Source: Patellaria atrata CBS 101060 (lineage: Eukaryota). From it: a DNA stretch of 64,000 bases. Positions 53,591 to 64,000 of this stretch are shown here, piece by piece (the first letter of the stretch is position 1; each line of letters opens with the position of its first letter). The notes under the pieces are model-generated. The model was not told where the DNA came from. It saw only the letters and a list, made by a program, of their open reading frames with translations, and searched no databases. Both the position numbers and the translations under genes were made by a program. Location of the stretch: NCBI GenBank assembly GCA_010093705.1, contig MU006109.1, forward strand, positions 124,001-188,000. Direction: 5' to 3'.

Positions 53591-54031
53591 ATGCCTGACA
53601 TCTACGCCTTCGAAGACCCTCAAACTATGAATGTCCCTTTCAACCCTCGTAAGCTCCATATCCCGCCACAGTTCCCGTTGGATGATGCTAAGGTTGCTAC
53701 TTTAAATTATAAGTTTCAGGGTTCGGGAGTCCTAATTTAACTGATGTATTCAGATAATCTCGAAATCCTCTACGGTAAAATAGACAATGTAAGAATGGGG
53801 AATAACAAATTTGAGCGGCCGGAGTTTCATCTTCTCTTCTCTAAGGGTGCAGGCGCTGTGTACAAGGCATACACTCTGATTCCAGAAACGCAGATTGGGA
53901 ATTCAGGACCCTTCAGGATCCTGACCGAAGGTACACACCTCTAGAGTTCCAAGGAAGCAGCGCTTGAGGACTTGGCCACGCGAGTAGAGGAGCGATTGGA
54001 AAGTGTAGTACCAACGTGTAAGCGTTTCTAA
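53591..54031 (+). pseudogene. Disabled single-domain paralogue (copy C)
   Basis: TATA ~53483; MPDIYAFE..FNPRK..|NLEILYGK..FERPEFHLLFSK..FRILTEG..*..KEAALEDLATRVEERL; donor reads ATAAG at 53709; TAG at 53942. Confidence 0.7.
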
Positions 54032-54811
54032 AAAGGAAAATGTCAGAAGGAATCCAGCCCCAACACAGAATTTTAATTCGTGAGTTGGAATAAACGAGAT
54101 GTGAACGCAAGGACATTGACCGTGCGTCCCCGGGAGTCCTTCCTGTTGAAAACGCTCTCAAGGGGGACTAGACGGTATGATGGTGAAATAGAGGTTCAAT
54201 GAGAATCAGCAAGTGCACAGATGATAATAGTTTTCACATGGATGTACGTTTGAACAAGTGAGTCCAATGGTTGATATCCTACCATAACATTCCTAAACCA
54301 CTGCAGAGAACTCGGTACGGAAGCCCAGTTTTCGTGAAAGTACTCTCGATTTGTAAGGCTTTCATACTAGAAAAGAGTTCCAGCTTGCCCTTTATGATTA
54401 AAAGACCTTAGCGAGGAATGACATTTGATAGTTCAGGATAAGGGTACCGTGGTCAAGATGCTAGACGTGCCAAAGAACGACATCCACGAAACACTTGAAG
54501 AACGCGTCTAGAGTCTTGCCTTGCTCACCGTGGATTTGTACAAACGACCAGTTTCACATTCATTTAGACTTAACTGAAGTTCACAGACTTCGGAAGCCGC
54601 TTGCAGAGAACTTTCTCTTCTCGACTTAGAGAGAACTTCCACCATACAACTAGTGTCGTGTTTCGTGATTCAACAAACAACACGACAATCCAAGAGAAAT
54701 ATAATTGTCGCTATTTACAACAGTAAATTCCTCTAGCCATAGCCGTTTTCCAAATTAATCACTTACTTGAGTTTGCTATAGGTCATATCGACGACACGAA
54801 ACGCCAACCCA

Positions 54812-55275
54812 ATGCCGCGAAACTTGGACAACGCGTTTGAGCGACGTTTCGATCCCCGTACCGTGATCGTTCCTCAGAACAATGGTCTCAGTCTAGACGC
54901 CTTATCAGAGCTTCGAAGTAAGTTCAAATTCAATCTGAAGGAATCAAGAATCTGACAACATCTAGTCAACCTCGAGTTTCTATACGGTGAATACAACTAC
55001 CATATGGGCCACGACTACTCTAATCCCATCGAGCGCCCGCCTTTCTATATCCTGCTTTCCAAAGTGAGCATTCCCCCTGGCGTAACTAATTACTTTGCGG
55101 TGTTGTAAAAGGGGTGGTTAAACGTGATGGTACTGAGAACGATGACCCCTCCTTTGAGTTCATGATTCAAGGATTACTGCATGCCACCAAGACGGGTGCG
55201 TACGAGTTCCTCGCTTCGAAAGTGGAAGACGTGGTGTCCTATCGGATCGAGCAATTGAAGTGGGACAAGCGATAA
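54812..55275 (+). pseudogene. Disabled single-domain paralogue (copy D)
   Basis: MPRNLDNAFERRFDPR..|NLEFLYGE..IERPPFYILLSK..(frameshift ~55100)..FEFMIQG..KTGAYEFLASKVEDVV; intron 54918-54965. Confidence 0.7.
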
Positions 55276-55824
55276 TCCCAAACCGTCGCGAAAGGCTGAG
55301 AGTGCGCCAGCTCAAGAACTGTCGCAGAGGATAATATTCCCTAGACAGATCATGTAGAAAACGGAACAGTTTCGAGGAAGTATTATGACGGAGCAATGAG
55401 AGCATGTGGTGAATGAGTATAATCTTCATAAGATGAGCATTAGACTAATAATAAATAAGCGCTTTACTCCAGAAAGTAATTTCACTATGGATAGAGACAT
55501 TTATAGACATAGGAGAAAAGAGAAAAAAAAAACGAAAAAAGAAGAAACTAGAAGAGAAATTATAAGAAAAAGTCCCTGAAGGGGTCCCTGAACTAAAAGC
55601 GGGACTGAGTGGCGAATCACTTGATATTGCGATGGTTAGCAGGCTTCCCACGAACTTTGGATGATAAGCCTTTGCAACCGAAGAGGGTTGGACCCAAGTC
55701 CTTAACGTAGGAGGTTGATGCCATTTGTAAGTGAACTACTGATGTCCATAGGCGAGAGCATGAATCTCGGACTCTTAGGGGTATACGAGACGACTGACTT
55801 CAATGAGAATTGTACGGCATTATT

Positions 55825-58044
55825 CTATCCAAAGACTTCCATCATGAAATGATACTCAATCCTACTATCATCTTCTCTACCTCTAGCAGTAAGAGCACGA
55901 CATCGGTCCGCTAACTGATATCCAATAACCGGAGCACCGCAAAAGAAAACACCAACCTTCATTCCATCTTCAAGATCTTCCATTTTCCCTTCATCTTTGC
56001 AAAACTGCTTCTTCTTCGCTTTAAGTAACTCTAACATATCTTCGTAATGATCGTCCATGATCTTTTGTATGTCAGGCCTACCAAAGTGAGTCGGATTGAT
56101 AAGGCCAGTCAACGGTGACTCTGGTTGCTCCTCTGTCCGATGCGTTTCCAGGAGCCAGCGAAATATATGCGTCGAAAGCTGCTTCCTCGTCTGTGTAACG
56201 TGAGTCTGTATCCGAACGTCGAGATTTGAATGGCTTGACGAAGTGAAGCAGGAGAATTTCGACATGTAGTTAAGAAGATCAGAAAACCAGAGCAGATTAT
56301 TCTTGTCGCGCACCATCCAGTGGAAGTCAACCCGGCGATACTTAGAGAGGTCGTGAGATGCTAAATCCACCTCTTTATCCTCGTCTGTTGCCAGCTTCTC
56401 ATTTTCTCGGGAGTTCAGACTTTCACTTGATTTCACCGCCGATGTAGCATCTTCACAGTTTTCAACATCTCGTTCTTGCAAGTCTGTCAAGATACCAGAG
56501 AAGGGGGTGACGCCTATGCCGGCACCGACGATAATGGCCTGCTGAAAATCATAGAAACGCTGCGCTGGTGCTCCAAATGGACCGTCGATTCCGACTGCGA
56601 TATCAACAACTTGGCCCTCAGTCCCTAAGCTGCGAAGTTTATTCGTCCAATTGCCTTCAGTTTTGATATGAACCTGCATTCGTTTACTATTGCAGGTGGA
56701 TATCGTGAATGGATGCCACTGGAAGAATGAGACGTTGGGAACCTGTAGAAAAATGTACTGGCCAGCCTTATAGGGCCAAACCCAGGTATGGGGTATATTA
56801 ACGGAGATGCAAAGAGTTTCCTCATCTAGAATTTCCAATTTCGCACAGATACGACGGAAACCTGAAACGACACGGAGACTACGTTCGATGACAACCAAGA
56901 GTACTGGTAAAGCGAGCCAAAATCCGAGCATAGGATATTGTAAAAGTCCCGCTGTGCCATGCGCCATAAGCAGACCAAAAATAGGGAACATGAGAAGATG
57001 TCCAAGTTGGAAAACTTCGTAATTCCACTTCCTGACCTGCGGTAGACTTAGAGCTCCGAGGATCCAGAATAAACCAAATACAGTAAGTCCTGTGTATCCT
57101 GGTAACGACCTCACGTATCGAATGTAAGGTCGTGGAACGGCATCAGGGCCAAGCAAGTCAGCAACATTATCTTGCTGCGCAGGTCTACTACCGTATAGGA
57201 AGCTCCCCGTTAAATGACCTATTGCATGAAGCGAGGCTAAGGCTAAGGTCGCAATCGAGAGCTTGATATGAAACGATTGTGAAAGGTCCCAATTGACAAA
57301 CCTCGATATGAAGTAAAATTTTCTAAGGCCGGTCGCAAGCCATCTCGACATTGAGATGACCAAGAGGAATAGGGTCGGGCAGAGTGCACCTGCACAAGTT
57401 TTGGCCAATACTACGCCCCAACCCAGGGCTTCCCGATAACCTGGGGTAGTAAGATATTTCACCAACTGCCATATCCCGAAAGCAAACTCTAGGGATATGA
57501 CCAAAGCCAGAAAACCGATCTCCGGACCATGGACTTCCCAATAAGCACGAAACCGTTGTACAATGGTCATTCGTTTTAAGTAAGCGTCTTGTTCTTTGGC
57601 ATCTTTTTTCTCTTGCTCCATTGATGGGATCTTCCAGTTACGTACACTTTTCACGAATTCTTCTCTTGGTATTCGATCCTCATTGGTTCCCAAGACGCCT
57701 CGGAGAAAGCGATGCCTCTGTTCTGTACGGCTTTCATGGTGTAGATTATGCTTCTTAGCTTTAGGGGCTATGAAATAACATTTGTTAGAATGTACAGGTC
57801 GTCGTGAGCTGAGAACTCTCCTTGGAGACACAATGAGAGGAACTCAATAAATTTCATCAAATATCTCTTCTTTCAAGCTACAAGAGAGAATGCTAATGAA
57901 TTGAAAGGAAATGAAACCTAACCGAACGTACCTATCTCCTGATGAACCTCATCTAACTTCTTTTCAACTTCCCAGTAGTCAACATAACCGTTCTTGTCTC
58001 TATCAAGCTCATCTAAAAACTCATTGATCTCGCGATCAGTAAGA
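55825..58044 (-). CDS. noxC: EF-hand-containing NADPH oxidase (NoxC/Nox3-like)
   Basis: Exon 1 (58044-57932) EF-hand DRDKNGYVDYWE; heme His pairs FH..LH and GH..AH; HPFT (FAD), GPFG, GAGIGVTPF (NADPH), FFCG...EVF. Confidence 0.8.
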
Positions 58045-59071
58045 ACCTTCGTATTCTCGTCCATCGAAATACTTTAACGCTGCGCTCTTCAAGGAGGAAC
58101 GCGACAGCGTGGACTTCACCATACCTTTATCTTTCTCAACGCGCCCTGAGGTCCCTGATTCTGCACGTAGGCCAAGTAGCTGAAAAGCAGGCTATACTTA
58201 CTGCCAATCTTTCGCGCAACGTGCAAGAGTCTTGGAGTCAACTTGCTGATGGCGGGCAAGATGGGACTGCGATGAGCCGAAACGTCTTGGACGGCATCTC
58301 AGTCAGGATATTTAGCTTGGCCGTGATTGGCACCGCATGGGCCGACAAACCACCATGTGCTTGCGTGTTCAGCTGTCGGTGATATCGAAACCAGAAAAAT
58401 TCCATAAGAGCGTTTGTTGGGAGGAGAGGCGCAAAACTATATAGGTTCTCGTCCGAATAAAATGCGATGAGAAATAGCAGATGGGATGAGGAGATGGGAG
58501 ATTCCTAATCTGGAAGCATTTCCGCACCTCCACTTTTACTCCACTATTATTCAGCAGATCGCAATGGAATGGCAAGATAATTCATACTTTAAATATCAAC
58601 GTAGAATACAGACTGGAACTGAACTTTTTTTTTTTTTTGGTTAAATTATTTATTATAGGGTGTTGAACGCTTGAGTGTTGAGGAACTGTTCTATTCTAGC
58701 TGTACTCACTTCGAAGTAAGTACTATTTTTCTCTAGTCAGGGGCGCAGACTTCAATGATACAATCAAAATATAATAGACTCGTATTCTCCTAGTCTATTC
58801 ATTAATATTTGGCGAAGTCTATCAGTTATCATTTGCTCTACTGCCATGATTGTAGTTCCTCATTTCTCTATGTCTGCTGTAGAGACAAAGATATACCGTC
58901 TAATTAGGATCTACTATATTTTACTTGTTCCGTACAGTTAATTCAGTCGTTTCAAGAGCCGTTGTACATCAAGCGATGTATTTCACGTTAGATGGAGGGG
59001 TACGGCTTGTACAACCTCCCTTCTCCCTTTCATTCTAACATCTCCCCCAGGCACCCTACAACTAACCCACA

Positions 59072-60203
59072 ATGGCCGAACCGTACAAAGCCACCGTAAT
59101 TGGCTACGGCCTCTCCGCCAAAATCTTCCACATTCCCTTCATCCTCGCCCTCCCGTCTCAATTCAAACTATACGGCATCCTCCAACGAAATCCTACAGAC
59201 ACAAACTCTGCTGCTTCCGACCACCCAGATATCAAGATATGGCGGGACGTCCCAACCATGCTTGCCGATTCCGCAATTGACATTGTCATCATCTCATCGA
59301 TCCCCGACTCACATTTTGAGTACGCCAAAGCCTCACTGGAAGCTGGTAAGCATGTGATCGTGGAGAAACCGTTCGTGCCTACGTCCCAGGAAGCGGATAA
59401 GCTAGTTGAGATCGCGAAGAAGAGCGGGAAGAAATTAGCAGTGTATCAAAACCGAAGATGGGACTCTGACTTTGTGACTTTGAAGCAGATCATTAAGGAG
59501 GGGAAGCTAGGCCGTATCGCGGAGTTCGAGACTCACTTTGACCGCCACCGACCCAAGGCTCCGGCCGTGGAGACTTGGAAACAGAAAGAGCTGCCCGCAA
59601 ACGGCGCGATATACGATCTTGGGACGCATTTAATCGATCAGGTAGTGCATTTGTTTGGGCTGCCGAAGAGGGTTACTGCCTTTCTGGGATATCAGGCTTC
59701 GGGAAACGAGGATAGGACGGGGAATGGTGATTCGTTTACTGTGCTCCTCCATTATCAAAATGGGATGCTAGTGATGGCTAAAGCAGGTGTGGTAAGTCCT
59801 GAGCAGGAGCAGCTGCGATATTGGGTTCGGGGAGATAAGGGCAGCTTTAAAAAGGTAAGTTCATCGCATCAAGAGTAGTTTATTGACTAATAAGACCTAG
59901 TATCACCTCGATGCTCAAGAAGATCAACTGAGAAGTGGAAAGAAAGTTGAGGATGAAGGATATGCCGTTGAACCAGAAAGCCATCATGGAGTCCTAACTC
60001 AAACATCAACGGATGGCAAAGTGACGAAGGAGGTATATCCTACTGTCACACCACCCACATATGCCGAGTTCTACCGTCTCTTTGGGAATGCTATCGTAGG
60101 AAATGGTGAAGAGCCCGTAAAAGCGGAAGAAGCTAGTGCGGTATTGAAACTCATAGAGCTAGCGATCAGAAGCTCGAAAACCGGAAAGACTCTGGACATA
60201 TGA
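59072..60203 (+). CDS. Gfo/Idh/MocA-family NAD(P)-dependent oxidoreductase (1 intron)
   Basis: IGYGLSA..FH, GKHVIVEKP, YQNRRWDSDF, YDLGTHLIDQ. Confidence 0.92.
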
Positions 60204-60306
60204 AGGCCTAATATTTTGGTAGCATAATCATACCACATCTTAGATAGACGCTCTACTGCATGTTGAATTGCTATTTGAATACTCAAAACGTACAGCAGAT
60301 TCCAAA

Positions 60307-60971
60307 TCAATGTTCTCCAGCAAACTCCTTATATTTCTCTTTCGTCATGAGACCCTCCAGCTCGGCTTTACCGTCACTGGCGAGCTCTATCTTGGCAATC
60401 CACGCGTTGCCTTCTGGGTCAACGTTTATCGAGCCTGGCTTGTCCTCCAGAGTACTATTCGCTTCTATAATCTTGCCGCTAACAGGAGAGTAGAGATCGT
60501 TGGCCGATTTAACAGACTCGATAGTCCCAATTGCTCCGCCTTTCTCGACTTCTAGCCCAACTTCTGGAAGTTCGACGTAGACTACATCTCCAAGTTGGTT
60601 GGAGGCGTATTCAGATATTCCTACAGTACCTGAATCATCGAATTAGCGACTTATTTGAATTATGTTTTCCACGATAGGCAATTGTACCAGTTTTGCCGTC
60701 TTCAGATAGCTCGAACCATTCGTGATCCTCGGTATACTTCTTTTTAAAAGCTATATATGACGTTAGTATAAACAGAATCCTTATATAGTCGTGATTCCAT
60801 TCCAATGTGCCACTCACCTCGAGACGATATCGAGAACGATCGAGTAGCTTGATACCTCACCGACAGCTGCCACGACGAGATTGACTGAACTCGAGCCGGT
60901 CTAGCGATGCAAGGCTTTACCGCTCCATTCAACTGACACACACACCGTGCAATTGAGGTCCTGGCAGCCAT
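60307..60971 (-). CDS. gcv3: Glycine cleavage system H protein, mitochondrial
   Basis: Presequence, KYTEDHEW, LGDVVYVELP, VESVKSA lipoyl-lysine motif. Confidence 0.95.
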
Positions 60972-61144
60972 TGTGAATATTTAATCTTGAATAAGGTATA
61001 CTGTAGATAATCGAGAAGCTCGGGAGCTCAACTTAATGACGGAAGCCGATAATACAATTTCTAAGGTGATCCACAACATCCATCACCGCAACGCCAAGCA
61101 AGCTCCTAGAACTTTTTGAACTTCGCAATCACGACCACGATACA

Positions 61145-61641
61145 GCGTTATCAACACCATAGCCATGTTGTACGAATTAATAGGCATTGTAAGGTTCAAT
61201 TAATAATTCTCCCCGCCTTCCACTAACGCAGTCCCAGGTTCGCCCAGGCAAACTCCACGAGATAAAAGAGTATTCCCTCCTTCTGTCCCATTCCTACTCC
61301 TCAATTCCCCATCCTAACCGAACTCCTCCCCCAGAATCGCCAAAACAGCTGGCAGCACCGTCCTCAACTCCGGCGGCGTCATTCGGGGCATCACTAACTG
61401 GGGCACATTCCTTCTCCCTAAGCCCACACGCAAGCACCAAGTGCTACACCACACAGGCCACTACTTCATCATGCGATTTGACAGCTCGGCGCGGACGCAG
61501 CACGCGGTGCGGAGGACGCTTTCTCTCGATCCAAGAATGATTAGATATAGTATTGTGAATATGGGGAGTAAGCTGCAGGATATCAAGGATATTGGAGGGA
61601 AGGCAGAGTTTTCGGGTAGGGAGGAGGAAATGGATCAGTGA
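61145..61641 (+). CDS. mrp17: Mitochondrial ribosomal protein S6 (bS6m), 2 introns
   Basis: MLYELIGI|VRPG..|..GGVIRGITNWG..LPK..GHYFIMRFDSS..LDPRMIR. Confidence 0.9.
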
Positions 61642-62130
61642 GATGAGGTGGAGACGCAGAAGGAGATAATAGTGACCTCAGTTGGAGCGTAAGATATGTA
61701 TTTGTAGAGGTGGAGCACTGGGCGGGTTGATTGCATGGTACGGCGTTTGGGAATTTCATCCCCCTTGTTGGAGCATTCTTGGCCAGCTGTACGCTTATAA
61801 TCCAGATGATCTCTGGTTTCGAAATAGACATCAAGTATAATCACTACAGGGAGAGAGATCTCATATATGGGTAATTTCAACGGCATATGTAAAATACGAC
61901 ATAAACTGGTCGAAAAAGGTATATCACGACGATTGAGGACACAGATTCTAGAATCCATTCTTGCAAATACCTTCTTACTACCACGGGATCCTATTTGAGG
62001 GAAACACTCTCTCTATCTCCAAGCTCTTTTCAAACCCAAAAAATCATAGTACAGTACGCTTCACTATGCTAATGCCAGAGTTTTTTTTTTTTTTTTCTTT
62101 TTTTTTTGGAATCCAATACTCCAACATCCA

Positions 62131-64000
62131 CTAGGAAAACTGAGCATGCGCCGCCTTACTTGTATGCAGGGTATTAGTCTCTTCGAACTAAAAATTCACG
62201 GTCAGTACTACGGTTGAAATACCCCGGACTGTGTGAACCTACTTCAAGGAAATCCGTCGCCGCAATCAAAAGCGTAAAATTATCCACCAGATCTGAAAGA
62301 TCTCCACTGTTTTCATTATTCACACCACCTACTCTAGCATGTCGCTTGAAGATCGCTACGACCGTATGCCGGTTCTCGTTCAAGAACTGTGTAGCTTGTT
62401 GGATTGTCTGGTCATTTTGAGGACCTCTACTAAGGACAACTGAGTTAATGACTTGGAGGACGGAAAGCATTAGACTGAAGAACTTCTTCAAAGCGCCAGG
62501 GTTTTCAAATTCTGTACGAGGTTAGATTTACACAACAATCATTGTTACTGCTGTACATACGTAAACCAAGATCTGGGTCCACCGAAAATATCTGTGAATC
62601 TCGAACGGACTGAAAGAGGCCAGCATTTGTTACATGGGCAGCCCCTGAACGGGTTCGCGATATTCGTAGTAGTAATGATAGTGCGGCATCATAATAAGAA
62701 AGAACAAGCGGAAGATCTAATAAATGCATATCAGCAGGGCGGAATATAAATACTGGAGCATACTTACCAGATGCGTGCAGACTTTGAAGCTCTGCGGGTA
62801 TATTTTTGATACTGTCAACCAACACATAGATGAAGTTAAGTCGAACGAAAGATTCTATTAGATAGTTTGATTCTTCCTGGATCGCAAGAGAGACCAATGT
62901 GTCCAGCGTCAAAAGAGCGGATATCTTGCACGTCCCCTCTCCAGCATACGCATCATCGCAGATAGTTTCAATCAGTCTTTCACCTGCAAGCTTGATGGTT
63001 CGTATGCTATGGCGACCCATGTTCGATCCCTTGCTAGTTGCATCCCCGGTAAGTTTTGGACCTTTAGTAGAACCTCTAAGGTAGCGGTAACAGACCTGGT
63101 ATAAGATCTCTCGAAGTTTTGAAGAGCCAACGAGACAAGTAACTCCTGCTAGAGAAGCACGGAATACCTGGAAGAGCCTATCATTGGCGTAATCACCCGT
63201 CTTTGTCCGCTCTAGGATTTTCGATGCGAAATCGATATCCCGTACTAATGCCCGAGAAAGATCTGCAAGTATCAAGGCGGTTTTCGGATCTTCAGAAAAT
63301 GATTTCTCCAATTTCGGAAGTATGAGTTGGAAAGCTCGTAATATTAGGGATGTTTTGAGGCTGGCTTCAAAGTCACTGCTTTGCATGAAAACGGTCATGA
63401 GCTGAGCCCAGGACTCTAAAACATCAGCTTGTTTCTGTGCGATCAGATGGCCTTGATTATGACCATGAAGATATGTTAGAACAAGTTGAGCTTCTGTCTG
63501 AAATTCTTGTTCGTGCGCTGGGGAACTGAGAGCACCTTCTTTCTTAAGCTGATTCTTCTTGAGAGTTATGAGCTCTATAACTTGATCTAGATCGTACAGT
63601 GTTGCACTTCCAGTACCGGAGGATCTGGATATCTCGAAATTCAAGTCCTTCAGATGTTTCAATGTTGGCTTTCTGAAATTGCCAGGGACATTCAAGTCGG
63701 TGACGTCAAACAGGTCGAAAATGCTAGGATTCGGTATTTGCTCACCAGTCAAGAGGACTGTAGTACCGAGTAACGCGGATTGAACGCGTGCTTTGAGAGT
63801 TGGAGAACCTGACTGAGAAAGGGTTCGTATTTCTCGAGAGAGGTAATCATAAAAAGCGCCGCGCTCCGTGAGGAAGTCAATGAATGCTATGGCAGATTCA
63901 GAAAATACAAAATCTGGATCAGTAATGGGAAGGCCATCCCAGGGAGTTTGAGTGCCAACCGTAATCTGATTCACAAACTGTACGAATAAGTACTCATTAC
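62131..64000 (-). CDS. nup192: Nucleoporin Nup192/Nup205, C-terminal part (5' end outside window)
   Basis: Large helical protein; ICDDAYAGE, LLRISRTRSGA..V..AGLF..IFSVDPDLG, SRGPQN..Q..FL, last exon ..HAQFS-stop. Confidence 0.88.

Noticed and set aside
58960..59016. Inverted repeat GTTGTACA/TGTACAAC upstream of the oxidoreductase
   Set aside because: Only 8 bp, built on a palindromic core; insufficient evidence for an element
62081..62107. Poly-T tract (also 58625-58638)
   Set aside because: Ordinary homopolymers in UTR or intergenic DNA; no associated retro-element or target-site duplication

Overview
Eukaryotic, intron-containing DNA from a filamentous ascomycete (Pezizomycotina; GT-AG introns of about 45-80 nt with CTRAC-type branch sites). 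Conserved genes (EamA/DMT transporter, Rab7, Csl4, CAND1, mitochondrial EF-Tu, Ehd3/HIBCH, GcvH, Mrp17, Nup192), CAZymes (CE12, flavin-only AA3_1, GH2), a bZIP/DUF3425-type regulator, an alpha/beta hydrolase, an EF-hand NADPH oxidase and a Gfo/Idh/MocA oxidoreductase alternate with three accessory islands rich in orphan genes and pseudogenes. (1) At about 6.4-15.9 kb, two intact intronless RING-finger genes and one clear plus two possible decayed paralogues share an unrecognised C-terminal domain (..QW[DER][FY][IL]...[LV]CE..), next to a possible ubiquitin-like remnant. (2) At about 27.4-39.7 kb lie orphan membrane-protein genes, a multiply disabled LAT amino-acid transporter and a SnoaL/GFA divergent pair. 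(3) At about 52.2-55.3 kb, four diverged and disabled copies of another unrecognised domain sit in divergent orientation; the ORF track shows them only as fragments. Most point lesions are C-to-T/G-to-A changes, several compatible with RIP. No tRNA, rRNA, CRISPR array or recognisable transposase was seen. All assignments come from manual translation and motif recognition, with no database search, and exon boundaries are approximate.
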